A DNA stretch of 64,000 nucleotides from an uncultured Bacillota bacterium (GCA_963823655.1 CAWGMK010000010.1:128001-192000); one strand, 5' to 3'. Counted from the first letter of the stretch, positions 1 to 10,310 are shown. Notes: generated by a model from the letters alone, not told the origin. Made by a program: numbers and translations.

Positions 1-1221
1 AAGGGCGCAGCATACGATTTCTCGAGCGACAATAAGCTGAAAGCAGGCTACAGGCTGCCTCTGAAGTTTGACATAGCATTAGGCCTTCAGACATCGTTCA
101 CATATGATGGCCTTACTGACACCAAGGGTGCCATCTTCGATGCATTCGTTGAGCTTGCTCCGATACCTGAGCTGACTATTGCCGCATACGCCCAGATAGC
201 CAGGATTGGTTCCCCCAAGGACAGCGACGGGGACTACAGCCTGGCGATTACCTACAAGCCGAACTCGAAGATAGGTATCAGCTTGTCTTATTCAACCGGC
301 CTGAATGTACAAGACAGGTACCACACTATAGCCCTCTCGGCTGATGTAGCAGTTACGAAGATGGGGAAGGTGTTCGGGAAGGTTAACGTGCCGTTGGCGA
401 CAGGCTCTGCTAAGGTTCTAAGCCTCGGATACCAGGATGGTTACAAATTATGCGAAGGATTGCAGACGAATTTCCTGATTGAAGGCGCAATCGGCTTCAA
501 GGGGACGGGCATAGAGCAAAGCGCTACGAAGGTATCGGCGGCCGGCGCGCTGGAATACGCCGCCAAGTCGGGGTTCAAAGCCTACCTCAAACAGGAAGTG
601 GCATTCCATGCGGCTGAGGGTTTCAAGTCGCTTACAATGCTCACCCTGAGCGGAAAACCTGCGGACTGGCTCAGCGTAGAGGCTACGGCGGCTGGCTATT
701 ACGGCAATTCCCCAAGCAGGGAAGGGCTGCCCCTTACAGCGGAGGCGAGCCTGTCGTTGGCTGCCCGTCCTGAAAACACCATATATACCGGGCTGCTGAA
801 AATAGGAGCAGAATATTTCAGAGGAGAGCACCTTGGAGTGGATGAAGCGGCGGTAGTCGCAACTGCGGTAACGGATTGGACCCTGGAGGCCGGCAAATTC
901 CTTTCGCTCTTGGCGAAGGTAGGTTACAAGCTTGCTGCCGAGGGCCCGATAGGCGAGGATCTTTCATTGAACAACATCCTGCTTCTGCAGGGCGGCTCCT
1001 CGCTCCACATAACAAAAACAACCGATATCGAGGGCTTTGTAAGGGCGATAGGCTGGGCAGACAACTGGAAGTTCGGTTACAGCGTGCAGATCGTGCAGAA
1101 GTTATTCAACCTTTTCAGCGTGGCGGCAGGTTACAACTCCAGAGACCTTGCCGATACAGACATAGCTGATCAGAAACCTTGGAACGAGGGATTCTACCTC
1201 AAGGCCCTTATTAAGTTCTAA
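1..1221 (+). CDS. 3' part of a large, probably outer-membrane beta-barrel-type protein (5'-truncated by the window)
   Basis: Frame is open from base 1 (KGAAYDFSSDNKLKAGY...). Alternating amphipathic beta-strand pattern and C-terminal ...GYNSRD...EGFYLKALIKF ending in Phe. Confidence 0.65.
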   Translation, partial: KGAAYDFSSDNKLKAGYRLPLKFDIALGLQTSFTYDGLTDTKGAIFDAFVELAPIPELTIAAYAQIARIGSPKDSDGDYSLAITYKPNSKIGISLSYSTGLNVQDRYHTIALSADVAVTKMGKVFGKVNVPLATGSAKVLSLGYQDGYKLCEGLQTNFLIEGAIGFKGTGIEQSATKVSAAGALEYAAKSGFKAYLKQEVAFHAAEGFKSLTMLTLSGKPADWLSVEATAAGYYGNSPSREGLPLTAEASLSLAARPENTIYTGLLKIGAEYFRGEHLGVDEAAVVATAVTDWTLEAGKFLSLLAKVGYKLAAEGPIGEDLSLNNILLLQGGSSLHITKTTDIEGFVRAIGWADNWKFGYSVQIVQKLFNLFSVAAGYNSRDLADTDIADQKPWNEGFYLKALIKF

Positions 1222-1303
1222 CTACTTATAAATCCAACAAAATCCAGTGAGGGGTTGGCATCTAGTATGCTGCCCCTTTTCTTTTGCTCCCAATCCGCTC
1301 CTA

Positions 1304-1344
1304 TTGACAAAAATCTTAAGAATGCGATAATGATAATCGTTATC
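1304..1344 (+). promoter_or_regulatory. sigma-70-type promoter overlapped by a Fur box
   Basis: TTGACA at 1304-1309. GATAATGATAATCGTTATC at 1326-1344 matches the canonical Fur box at 18/19 and lies directly upstream of feoAB-fur. Confidence 0.9.
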
Positions 1345-1369
1345 ACTATATAAAAGGGGGGACAGCCAC

Positions 1370-1603
1370 ATGGGAGCTTTCAGACTCAGAAAAGGCCAGA
1401 CTGCCAGGATATGTAGCATCGATGTTGAGCACAGGTCTGCTCCCCATCTAATAGAAATGGGATTTACCCCGGGGTCTTCTTTTGAAGTAATAGGGGCATC
1501 GCCCTTTGGCGATCCTCTAATGCTAAGGCTGAGAGGATATTCCGTAGCCGTAAGGATGAGGGACCTGGCCGCCTTGACAGTGGAAGGCATAGCGGAGGCT
1601 TAG
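1370..1603 (+). CDS. feoA: ferrous iron transport protein A
   Basis: LIEMGFTPG...ASPFGDPL.LRLRGYSVAVR motif; directly upstream of feoB. Confidence 0.95.
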   Translation: MGAFRLRKGQTARICSIDVEHRSAPHLIEMGFTPGSSFEVIGASPFGDPLMLRLRGYSVAVRMRDLAALTVEGIAEA

Positions 1604-3430
1604 ATGAAAGAGGCAAACATGGGCTTAAGAGTCGTTCTCGCCGGCAATCCGAACAGCGGGAAGACAACTTTGTTTAACGCCCTAACTGGCAGTAATCAGC
1701 AGGTAGGAAACTGGCCCGGTGTTACTGTGGAAAAGAAAGAAGGAGCTTACTCCTTTTCCGGGTCGGACTACAGCGTGATCGACCTCCCGGGCACATACTC
1801 CCTCGAACCGGGCACCCCGGAGCAAAGGCTGGCGGGGGAATACCTATCCGGCGGGGGAATTGACCTGATCATAAATACCGTGGATGCCGGCAACCTCTCC
1901 AGGAGCATGTTCCTTACGCTTCAGCTGATGAACAAAGGTATTCCCATGCTCATCGCGGTCAACTTCATGGATGAGGCCGAGAAGACCGGTCTGAAAATAG
2001 ACTTAGCCAAGCTTGAAAGCCGGCTGGGCGTAAAAGTAGTACCCATCTCAGCATTAAAAGGGGATGGCATATCGGAGCTTAGGAGCGCGGCTGCCGAGGC
2101 AATCAAGTCAGGCGTGGCCCCCAAGCCTATTTTCGCATGCTCAAAGGGATGCTCCGGCTGCAGCGCCGCAATCGAAGGGTTTTCATGCATAGACTCAATG
2201 TTCGCCGACTGCGTATCGGCCGCCGAGCCCAAAGGGGCGCTTGCGCTCTTCGACAGGGTTGCGCTTAATAGGTGGCTCGCAATACCTGTTTTCGCCGCGA
2301 TAATGGCGGGGGTATTCACCCTTACCTTCGGCCCTGTTGTAGGCAAGGCTTCGGATCTGATCGACTGGATAGTGAATGTTAAGGCCATTGAGCTGGCAAA
2401 AGCAGCGCTTGCATCGATAGCGGCGCCCAACTGGCTTATCGGTCTGGTAGCGGACGGCGCAATCGGCGGGGCCGGATCTGTGCTGATCTTCCTTCCGCAA
2501 ATAGCCATGCTTTTCTTCCTGCTGTCCCTGCTTGAGGGCACCGGCTACATGGCAAGGGCCGCTTTCGTGATGGACCGCGCCCTGTCATGGCTGGGCTTAA
2601 GCGGAAAAAGCTTCGTTACACTGCTGATGGGCTTCGGATGTACGGTTCCTTCCATAATGGCATCGCGAATCCTTGAGGATGAGGCTGAAAGGAAGCTGTC
2701 CGTCGTGGTTGCACCTTTCATATCTTGCAGCGCGCGCATGCCGATATATGTCCTTATCGCAGGCGCGTTCTTCGGTTCGAAGGCCGGCCTTGCCGCAGCT
2801 TCGATGTATCTTCTGGGGATACTTGTGATGGTGCTCTCGGCCCTGCTTCTAAGCAAAACCGTCTTCAGGAGCCGCTCGGCGGGCTCTTTCGTGCTTGAGA
2901 TACCACCTTACCGCATGCCTCGCCTAAGATATCTCGCGATGTCGACCTGGCACAAGACCAAGGACTTCATTGTAAGGGCGGGCACTTTGATCGTGCTGGT
3001 GTCGGTCGGCATTTGGATTATGGGCAACCTTAGCTTCTCCCTTAAAGTCGTGGCAGATCCTTCGCAAAGCATGTTGGCTACGCTAGGAAGGTTCATCGTG
3101 CCTGTCCTAAGGCCTCTGGGCCTTGGGGACTGGAGGATTGGTGTGGCCCTTCTTTCAGGTGTTGCCGCCAAGGAGATCGTAGCCTCGACCATAACCCAGT
3201 TGGCGGGATCCGGCAGGGAGGCGATGATGTCGATGGGCCTTACTGCGGCTTCTGCGCTATCGTTTATGGCCTTCTCATTGTTGTATGTGCCTTGCGCAGC
3301 TACAATAGTGGTAATGAAAAGAGAGCTCGGAGGCGCCAGGCAGGCGGCGCTGGCCGTTGCCTACGGAATAGCGGTCGCATGGACGGTGTCATTCATAATC
3401 TACAGGATAGGGACCCTGATCCTGGGCTAG
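1604..3430 (+). CDS. feoB: ferrous iron transport protein B
   Basis: GNPNSGKT, VGNWPGVTVEKK, DLPGTYSL G-domain motifs; GFGCTVP and PFISCSAR membrane motifs. Confidence 0.97.
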   Translation: MKEANMGLRVVLAGNPNSGKTTLFNALTGSNQQVGNWPGVTVEKKEGAYSFSGSDYSVIDLPGTYSLEPGTPEQRLAGEYLSGGGIDLIINTVDAGNLSRSMFLTLQLMNKGIPMLIAVNFMDEAEKTGLKIDLAKLESRLGVKVVPISALKGDGISELRSAAAEAIKSGVAPKPIFACSKGCSGCSAAIEGFSCIDSMFADCVSAAEPKGALALFDRVALNRWLAIPVFAAIMAGVFTLTFGPVVGKASDLIDWIVNVKAIELAKAALASIAAPNWLIGLVADGAIGGAGSVLIFLPQIAMLFFLLSLLEGTGYMARAAFVMDRALSWLGLSGKSFVTLLMGFGCTVPSIMASRILEDEAERKLSVVVAPFISCSARMPIYVLIAGAFFGSKAGLAAASMYLLGILVMVLSALLLSKTVFRSRSAGSFVLEIPPYRMPRLRYLAMSTWHKTKDFIVRAGTLIVLVSVGIWIMGNLSFSLKVVADPSQSMLATLGRFIVPVLRPLGLGDWRIGVALLSGVAAKEIVASTITQLAGSGREAMMSMGLTAASALSFMAFSLLYVPCAATIVVMKRELGGARQAALAVAYGIAVAWTVSFIIYRIGTLILG

Positions 3431-3439
3431 GAGGATAAC

Positions 3440-3877
3440 ATGCAAGAGGAACTGCGCACAGGTTCAGAAAGGCACTCGGAGCACAGGAAGCTCGTACTTG
3501 AGTGCATAACTTCTGCAGGAGGCAGGCATCTTACTGCGGAGCAGGTCTTCGAAGAGGTGAAAGGCGTCCACCCGGGGATAGGGATCGCCACCGTGTACAG
3601 AAATCTGAAGCACCTGGAAGAGTCCGGCTCCATTGTTAAATCCATAGTCAGCGAGAGCGGCGCCTCAGTATACGAGGTGGCGGGTCCCGAGGGCTCCCAT
3701 TCGCACCATCATCTGATATGCCTTTCGTGCGGCAAAGTCGAGGACCTGGGAACTGACCTTTTAGACGCCATAGAAAAGCACGTTGAGGACAAGAACGGTT
3801 TCAAGGTCAAGGACCACCGCCTTCAGATCTTCGGCGTATGCAAGTCTTGCTTCGAGGAAAAATCCCGGGGCTGCTGA
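3440..3877 (+). CDS. fur: Fur family transcriptional regulator
   Basis: HLTAEQV, GIATVYRNL, HHHLICLSCG and GVCKSC motifs. Confidence 0.93.
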   Translation: MQEELRTGSERHSEHRKLVLECITSAGGRHLTAEQVFEEVKGVHPGIGIATVYRNLKHLEESGSIVKSIVSESGASVYEVAGPEGSHSHHHLICLSCGKVEDLGTDLLDAIEKHVEDKNGFKVKDHRLQIFGVCKSCFEEKSRGC

Positions 3878-4021
3878 TCGAGGCAAAATGCAGCAAACCT
3901 TTCCAATTAGCAAATAACTTGGCGGCTTGGGCCGATTGAATCCTCCCATTTGCCTTTGAAGGTAAATCGGGGCTTTTTGACGAATATGAAAAGATAAATA
4001 TCCGGTGAAAGGAGCATTTGC

Positions 4022-4540
4022 ATGGAAAAGCAGTTGGCAGCCCTCAACTTCGCACTGGGCATGGAGAAGGAAGGCAAGGCCTTTTTTGAGAAGGCGGCCG
4101 CCTCCGCCAGAAACCTTGGCGCCAAGCAGGCGTTCACGGACCTTGCTCATATGGAAGAGGGCCACATAGCGTATATACAGGCGAATATCGAAAGCCTTAC
4201 AAAGGGCGGAAAATGGACTGTGGTGCCCTCCGAAGGCATGGACCAGGCCAAGATGGGCAAGGCCGTCTTCCACGCCAGAGGCGAGGGGAAAGGGCCGGAG
4301 CCAGAGCTGGCAATCAGTGCGCTAACAACAGACCTGTCGGCAATCAGGATAGCGATTGCCATAGAAAACGACCTTTTCGGCTTCTATGCCAGAGCTTCAG
4401 AACACTCCGTTGAAAGGGACGCGAAAGCCGTATTCACGAAGCTATCGAACTGGGAGAAGGGGCACAGGGAGCTGCTTGAGGAGCAGTACGAGGGGATGAA
4501 GGAAGGCTTCTGGTCGGAGATGGGCTTCTCGCCGTTCTGA
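4022..4540 (+). CDS. rubrerythrin/ferritin-like diiron protein
   Basis: Paired E..EEGH and E..EKGH helices; C-terminal FWSEMGFSPF. Confidence 0.85.
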   Translation: MEKQLAALNFALGMEKEGKAFFEKAAASARNLGAKQAFTDLAHMEEGHIAYIQANIESLTKGGKWTVVPSEGMDQAKMGKAVFHARGEGKGPEPELAISALTTDLSAIRIAIAIENDLFGFYARASEHSVERDAKAVFTKLSNWEKGHRELLEEQYEGMKEGFWSEMGFSPF

Positions 4541-4560
4541 TCTTTATTGCTTTGAAAATT

Positions 4561-4598
4561 GGCAAGGGGGGCTTTTATGAGCCCCCCTTGCCCTATTT
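4561..4598. terminator. intrinsic terminator between convergent genes
   Basis: GGCAAGGGGGGCT...AGCCCCCCTTGCC hairpin followed by a T-rich tail. Confidence 0.8.
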
Positions 4599-4630
4599 TG
4601 GCCGATTTGGCCTGGAGCAGCCTGGAAAGC

Positions 4631-6007
4631 TTAGAGCAATACCAGCGACATTAACGCAATAGAGAGGATCGAAACGATGCCGACGAACAGAGTGCCGCCG
4701 GTCTGAAGCTTATATGCCTGGTTGACGTCCATGTCGGAGAATTGTGATACGACCCAGAAGTAGGAGTCGTTGGCATGGGACACAACCATGGAGCCGGCGC
4801 CGATCGCAATTGTAACGAGGGCCCTTGCCATATTGCTGTCGAAGCCCAAAGACGGCATCAGCGGAGCAAGTATGGCGGATGTTGTTATCAAAGCGACCGT
4901 TGAAGAGCCCTGGGCGGTCTTGATTGCGGCCGCGATGATAAAGGGCAGGAAAATCCCCAAGTTGTATTTCGACAGAATGTCGCCAAGCACCCCGCCTATT
5001 CCTGTAGCCTGGAGCACCGCGCCGAACGAACCGCCTGCCGCGGTGATTACAAGTATTACCGCCGAATCCTTGATGGCCTCACTCACCCAGTCACCGTATA
5101 CTTGCTTGTTGATCTTGGTGGCGAGCGTCATGGCAAGGAAAACGCCGAGGATGAGGGCGAAGTTGGGGTTGCCTATGAACACCAAAATCGTCTTCAGGGT
5201 GCCTGTGCCGAAGGGGTTGGTATTGAAGTTCGCTACAGATCTTAGGGCTATTAGCAATATTGGGATGAGGATGGGCATGAAAGCTGCGAACGTGCCGGGA
5301 AGCCTTCCGAACTTCTTCAGCATCTCCTCATAGCTCATGCTTGCCTTGGGCTTGATGTCGATCTTGGAACCTACCTTCAGGGCATACAGCCAGCCTGCAA
5401 GAGTTGCGGGAATCGACGCGACAAGGCCGAGAAGGATGACCAGCCCGAGGTCGGCTCCGAGGTTGCCGGCTGCGGCGATGGGCCCCGGCGTAGGCGGCAC
5501 CATCGTATGGGTTGCGTAAAGCCCCATAGATAGCGCAGTCCCCATGACCGCAAGTGAAATACCCCCGGACTGGGCCAGCGCCCTGTTCAGGGACGATAGG
5601 ATTACGAATCCGCTGTCGCAGAAGACGGGAATTGATACGACATAACCGGAGAAGGCCATCGCAAGCGGCGAGTTCTTCTTGCCGACGAGCTTGAGCATGG
5701 TGCGGGCCATGACAACTGCAGCTCCGGTCTTCTCAAGTATGGTCCCTATGATTGTGCCAGCGACGATTACGATGCCGATGTTCGTCAGCGTGCTGCCGAA
5801 CCCGTTCGCAATCGTCTCAATAATTCCCGGAGTGGTCTTACCGTCGACTGTCTTCGGGATAAGAGGGGGATTTGTTGCCAGCAGGCCCACGAAAAGGGCA
5901 GCAAGAAGCAGTACGAGGAAAGCATTCATCTGTACTTTGCCTGTCATGATGACTATGAAAACTATCGCGATGACGAGCAGCAGAATTAACCAGGTGCCAC
6001 TGAACAC
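4631..6007 (-). CDS. GntP family gluconate/sugar-acid permease
   Basis: SIPVFCDSGFV, HTMVPPTPGP, KTAQGSSTVA and SHANDSYFW motifs. Confidence 0.93.
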   Translation of the reverse strand: MFSGTWLILLLVIAIVFIVIMTGKVQMNAFLVLLLAALFVGLLATNPPLIPKTVDGKTTPGIIETIANGFGSTLTNIGIVIVAGTIIGTILEKTGAAVVMARTMLKLVGKKNSPLAMAFSGYVVSIPVFCDSGFVILSSLNRALAQSGGISLAVMGTALSMGLYATHTMVPPTPGPIAAAGNLGADLGLVILLGLVASIPATLAGWLYALKVGSKIDIKPKASMSYEEMLKKFGRLPGTFAAFMPILIPILLIALRSVANFNTNPFGTGTLKTILVFIGNPNFALILGVFLAMTLATKINKQVYGDWVSEAIKDSAVILVITAAGGSFGAVLQATGIGGVLGDILSKYNLGIFLPFIIAAAIKTAQGSSTVALITTSAILAPLMPSLGFDSNMARALVTIAIGAGSMVVSHANDSYFWVVSQFSDMDVNQAYKLQTGGTLFVGIVSILSIALMSLVLL

Positions 6008-6216
6008 TTGCTAAACACCTCCCCTTATGAATGACCTATATGTGGTCGATAAGTAATTCTTCCTCATATTCAGGATTCCTCCAACTATAGGCGTGCACGT
6101 GGACTAAATTGCCGTAAAAGAGCTCCCTGCGATCCATGGTTGCGCCTGCCCATCCTCGCCTTATACTCCCGGGCAAAAGCATGGTAAAATTTACTTTCAG
6201 GCTATGGAGGTGTGAT

Positions 6217-6834
6217 TTGGACCTTCTTTTCATAAGGCATGGAGAAAGCTATGCGAATACTGACCGGGTGTTCTCTAATACGGGATGGAGGCACGGGTTA
6301 ACCGAAAAAGGCTTTTTGCAGGCAGAGGCCGCGGCAGCAGAGATGGAACCCTTCTTCGGGAGGCCTTCAAGGATATACAGCAGCGGGCTTAAAAGGGCAT
6401 ACGAGACCGCATCGGTAATCTCGGCGGCAAATGCGATCGAGCACAGGATACTGCCAGAGCTTGCCGAGGTGTCGGTAGGCATACTTGAGGGCAGGTCGGA
6501 CGCGGCAGGCTGGAGGATACATAACACAGTCTGGGACAAGTGGTTCCAGACGGGGGACCTCCAAGCAAGGGTGCCGGGGGGCGAGAGCCTTTTGGATGCG
6601 ATATCCAAATTCCGTGCGGTCATCTCAAGGCTCGGGGAGGAGGAGGGTGAAGACGCCAGGCTTATGCTTGTAAGCCACGGCGGCTTTATACTGGCAGGCC
6701 TTCTCAATCTCGTGTACAACGTGCCGGATTTCATCCCTCGCCGGGGGCATTTGGCGAATTGCGACATGATTCACCTGAGGGAAGTCGGCGGAGTGCTGAC
6801 TTTTCAAGGTTTCAAGTCGGTTTCGGCGCGGTAA
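6217..6834 (+). CDS. histidine phosphatase (phosphoglycerate mutase-like) family protein
   Basis: RHGES, SSGLKRAYET, GGES and VSHGG motifs; GGAGG RBS before TTG at 6217. Confidence 0.9.
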   Translation: MDLLFIRHGESYANTDRVFSNTGWRHGLTEKGFLQAEAAAAEMEPFFGRPSRIYSSGLKRAYETASVISAANAIEHRILPELAEVSVGILEGRSDAAGWRIHNTVWDKWFQTGDLQARVPGGESLLDAISKFRAVISRLGEEEGEDARLMLVSHGGFILAGLLNLVYNVPDFIPRRGHLANCDMIHLREVGGVLTFQGFKSVSAR

Positions 6835-7010
6835 TTTTGGGGCTTAAATCACGAAATATGCGAGATGCTGTACAATTAAAGCGAAAATCTTTCGATATTC
6901 ATTTTTTACCGATATGATTCTTGCAGGATAATCAAGATTTTCGACGTAGTTTTATTAGTGAAGCAAACCACCGTCCTTTGAAGGGTGTTGATATTTTGGA
7001 CTCCGAGAAG

Positions 7011-7502
7011 ATGAAAGCCGTACATACCGTCGGAAACCGTGTCCTGTTGAACGAGTTCCTCACTGACGTTTTCCACCATATCCTCAAGTTCGAGGAATAT
7101 GCGTTGAGCAGGCAGGGAGTCGGCGACTTGTCGATACAGGAGATGCACCTGATTGAAAAGCTCGGTCCGGACAAGGAGCTGAGGATGAGCCAGATAGCCA
7201 ATGTGCTTGGCGTCACGCTCGGCACTATGACAGTCGCCGCGGACAGGCTCGATAAAAAGGGCTATGTCGTAAGGCAGAGGCTGGATGACGACCGCAGGGT
7301 AGTCAAGCTCAGACTCACCGATAAGGGCAAAGAGGCTTTTCACTTCCATGAGGAGTTCCACCTGAAGATGGCCGATATGGTGCTGCAGGGGCTTTCCCCT
7401 CTGGAAGAGGAGACGCTCACCCAGGCGCTGTCCAACTTAAGGGATTTCTTCATGGGGCTTGACTACAGGAAGCTGAAGAAAAAGGGAAAGAAGCCGGAAT
7501 AG
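7011..7502 (+). CDS. MarR family transcriptional regulator
   Basis: MSQIANVLGVTLGTMT...DRLDKKGYVVR...DDRRVVKLRLTDKG winged helix; start codon uncertain. Confidence 0.9.
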   Translation: MKAVHTVGNRVLLNEFLTDVFHHILKFEEYALSRQGVGDLSIQEMHLIEKLGPDKELRMSQIANVLGVTLGTMTVAADRLDKKGYVVRQRLDDDRRVVKLRLTDKGKEAFHFHEEFHLKMADMVLQGLSPLEEETLTQALSNLRDFFMGLDYRKLKKKGKKPE

Positions 7503-7522
7503 ATTTTCAGGGGAGGTAAAAC

Positions 7523-8290
7523 ATGAAGAGATTGTTGCAGGTATTAAATATTCTGGGCTATCTTGCGGTTGTGGGCGTCAATGCGCTTGCAGTGCTTCTT
7601 CCCATCAACAACAAGACGACGGAAGAACTGTCAGACATGTATCCGAACCTTTTCGTACCTGCAGGCCTTACATTTTCCATCTGGGGCGTAATCTACATCC
7701 TTCTTCTGATATTTACGATTTATCAGGCGGCGGATCTTCTGGGCGGAAAGTCCAATAGGACGGAATTCGTCGCTAAGACAGGGCTTTTGTATCTGATAAC
7801 AAGCCTTCTTAACGTCGGCTGGATACTGGCCTGGCATTACGAGCAGATATTGCTTTCCGTAGTAATCATGCTCGGCTTCCTGGTAACGCTCATCGCTTTG
7901 TATTTGAGGATCGGGCAGAAGTTCCAAAGCTTCGGCGAGAGGTTCATGGCACAAGTACCGATCGGAGTCTATCTTGGCTGGATATCCGTCGCCACCATTG
8001 CCAATGTAACCGCGCTTCTGGTCAGCCTCGGCTGGAACGGCTTCGGCATCAGCGAGGAGATCTGGGCGATAGTCATGATAGGCGCCGCGGCGCTTCTAGG
8101 TGTGCTTATGAGGATATTGAAAGGCGAAATAGCATATGGGTTGGTCGTCATATGGGCGCTTGCAGGCATTGCCATCAAACGCCTTGGCACAGAGCCGGTT
8201 TTCATAAGCGTCGCTTACATGGCAATCTGCGGCGCGGCGGTCGTGCTCCTCTCATTCCTAATAAGAAAGAAGAAGTCGATCTTCCGCTAA
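7523..8290 (+). CDS. TspO-like tryptophan-rich membrane protein
   Basis: FVPAGLTFSIWGVIY, LNVGWILAWHY and YLGWISVATIAN motifs. Confidence 0.8.
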   Translation: MKRLLQVLNILGYLAVVGVNALAVLLPINNKTTEELSDMYPNLFVPAGLTFSIWGVIYILLLIFTIYQAADLLGGKSNRTEFVAKTGLLYLITSLLNVGWILAWHYEQILLSVVIMLGFLVTLIALYLRIGQKFQSFGERFMAQVPIGVYLGWISVATIANVTALLVSLGWNGFGISEEIWAIVMIGAAALLGVLMRILKGEIAYGLVVIWALAGIAIKRLGTEPVFISVAYMAICGAAVVLLSFLIRKKKSIFR

Positions 8291-8310
8291 TCGCGCGCAG
8301 AGGTAAATTC

Positions 8311-8336
8311 AGGGCGGCCGATCGGCCGCCCTTTTT
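8311..8336. terminator. intrinsic terminator
   Basis: Perfect palindrome AGGGCGGCCGATCGGCCGCCCT plus T-run between convergent genes. Confidence 0.75.
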
Positions 8337-8343
8337 ACATGAA

Positions 8344-9108
8344 CTAGATCTTTACCGCCACTGCCATCAGCTCGTATTCGTCCGGGTCTATCGGGCGCCT
8401 TCCCCAATTGCCGGCGGTGCCTCCCCAGATGTGTTCTGTCCTAAGGCCGCACTCCTTGAACATCAAGGATATCTCGCCACCCGTGAAGGCTTTCTCCCCT
8501 ACCATCTGAGCTGCAAGATCCGGGCTAATCTCGGGGTCTACCTCGGAAAGCGAGTGCCACTCCACGATATTCACCGGGTCGAACCTGCCGCTTGCGATGT
8601 CGGCTGCCCCATATTGCCTGATCAGCTTCAAGGCGCTAAGCGCGGTGACTATGAACTTGCCGCCCGGGCGAATGACCTTTGCGGCGTTGGCAAACACGGA
8701 GATTGCCTGTTGCATGGGCTCATCTCCGGAGCCAATTAGCCCTAGGGAGCCCTCGCAAAGACAGATGGCCGCATCGAACTGCCCGGCAAGCCCGAACTCC
8801 TCAGGGTATCCGCCTGTGGCGTCGGCCTTCAGAAATTTGATATCAAGGCCCGCTGCCGATGCCTTTTTCCGGGCGATTTCAAGCATTCCGTCCGATAGGT
8901 CCAGGCCGGTCATCTCATACCCCATACCGGTCAATGCTATGCTGTGCCGGCCTGTGCCGCAGCCGATGTCGAGGATCCTGCGGTGCTCCCCTATTGGCAG
9001 CAGCTCAGAAAGGAATTCGCACTCGGCAATCGTTGCGAAAGTGAATGCGTTCTCGTCGTAGCGCTTTGAATGGCTGTCGAAGAATGTCTGCCAGGCCTTC
9101 TTATGCAT
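8344..9108 (-). CDS. class I SAM-dependent methyltransferase
   Basis: ILDIGCGTGRH, GLDLSDGML and RPGGKF motifs. Confidence 0.92.
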   Translation of the reverse strand: MHKKAWQTFFDSHSKRYDENAFTFATIAECEFLSELLPIGEHRRILDIGCGTGRHSIALTGMGYEMTGLDLSDGMLEIARKKASAAGLDIKFLKADATGGYPEEFGLAGQFDAAICLCEGSLGLIGSGDEPMQQAISVFANAAKVIRPGGKFIVTALSALKLIRQYGAADIASGRFDPVNIVEWHSLSEVDPEISPDLAAQMVGEKAFTGGEISLMFKECGLRTEHIWGGTAGNWGRRPIDPDEYELMAVAVKI

Positions 9109-9196
9109 AAGAGCAACCTCCGTCCTTCATCGAAACCTAGTGCAGCAGGGGGCGAATACCATTACAATCGTAGTATATACTTATGGCGGTGATAGA

Positions 9197-9904
9197 ATGG
9201 CCACAGTAAAAGTAAAATTCATAGGCCATAGCGGGTTTCTAGTCGAAACGGGCGGCAGATTCCTGCTCTTCGACCTGTATAAGGACGAGGCAGGTGTGCT
9301 TTCGCAGGGCTTGCCCTTCGAAGGCGCCGGCGCGGTATTCGTCTCGCACAGCCACGGCGATCATTTCAACCCTAAGGTCTTCGGCCTAGGGGTAACAGGC
9401 AGCACCAGCTTCATAATCGATGAAGGAGTCAGGGCTCCTAAGACCGACTGCGAGCTGTTCAGGCTGTCGCCGGGAAAAAGCGCGGACCTGGGATGGGCTA
9501 CAGTTCGGGCATTCGGCTCAACGGATGAGGGATGCTCTTTCCTTGTGGATGTCGGCGGCATCAGGATATTCCATGCCGGGGACCTGAACGACTGGTACTG
9601 GGAGGACGAATCCACGCCCGAAGAACTTCTAAACGACGAGGCCCGCTTCATGCAGGAGCTTGGGAAAATCGCGGGCAATGAAGTGGACATCGCATTCTTC
9701 CCGGTGGATCTGAGGCTGGGCAGGCATGCTGCCAGAGGCGCCATCCGGTTTGCCGAGGCAGTAAGGCCGAAGTTCATCTTTCCGATGCACGTAAACGGCA
9801 GGCTTGATGCGAATCTGCTGCCCAAAGCCCTCCTTGAGAAGGGGATTAGGGCCGCTAGCATATATATGGAGAATCCGGGCGATGAGGTTTTAATAGAGCC
9901 CTAG
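9197..9904 (+). CDS. metallo-beta-lactamase fold hydrolase
   Basis: GHSGFLVE, SHSHGDH, FHAGDLN and PMH motifs. Confidence 0.92.
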   Translation: MATVKVKFIGHSGFLVETGGRFLLFDLYKDEAGVLSQGLPFEGAGAVFVSHSHGDHFNPKVFGLGVTGSTSFIIDEGVRAPKTDCELFRLSPGKSADLGWATVRAFGSTDEGCSFLVDVGGIRIFHAGDLNDWYWEDESTPEELLNDEARFMQELGKIAGNEVDIAFFPVDLRLGRHAARGAIRFAEAVRPKFIFPMHVNGRLDANLLPKALLEKGIRAASIYMENPGDEVLIEP

Positions 9905-9938
9905 AGTACAAATCGGGGCGTAAAATTGGGAGGTAACC

Positions 9939-10310
9939 ATGGAATTCAGGATCGTCCACTCGAACATCAATGTAACTGACCTGGAAAGGTCGCTGCGCTT
10001 CTACAAAGAGGCACTTGGGCTGACTGAGATGCGGCGCAAGGATGGGGCTGACGGCTCCTACAAGATAGCATTCCTCAAAGACGTGGTGGGGGAATACTTC
10101 CTGGAGCTGACCTGGCTTGCCGATAAGAAGGGGCCCTATGACCTGGGGGATAACGAATCCCACATCGCATTCAGGACGGATGATTACGAGGCGGCTTATG
10201 CCCTTCATTCGAAGATGGGCTGCATATGCTACGAGAACAAGGCGATGGGGATCTATTTCATAGAAGATCCGGACGGCTACTGGCTGGAAGTGCTGCCGAC
10301 CAGGAAATGA
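9939..10310 (+). CDS. gloA: lactoylglutathione lyase (VOC family)
   Basis: HSNINVTDLERSLRFY...LELTW...HIAF...FIEDPDGYWLE. Confidence 0.85.
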   Translation: MEFRIVHSNINVTDLERSLRFYKEALGLTEMRRKDGADGSYKIAFLKDVVGEYFLELTWLADKKGPYDLGDNESHIAFRTDDYEAAYALHSKMGCICYENKAMGIYFIEDPDGYWLEVLPTRK

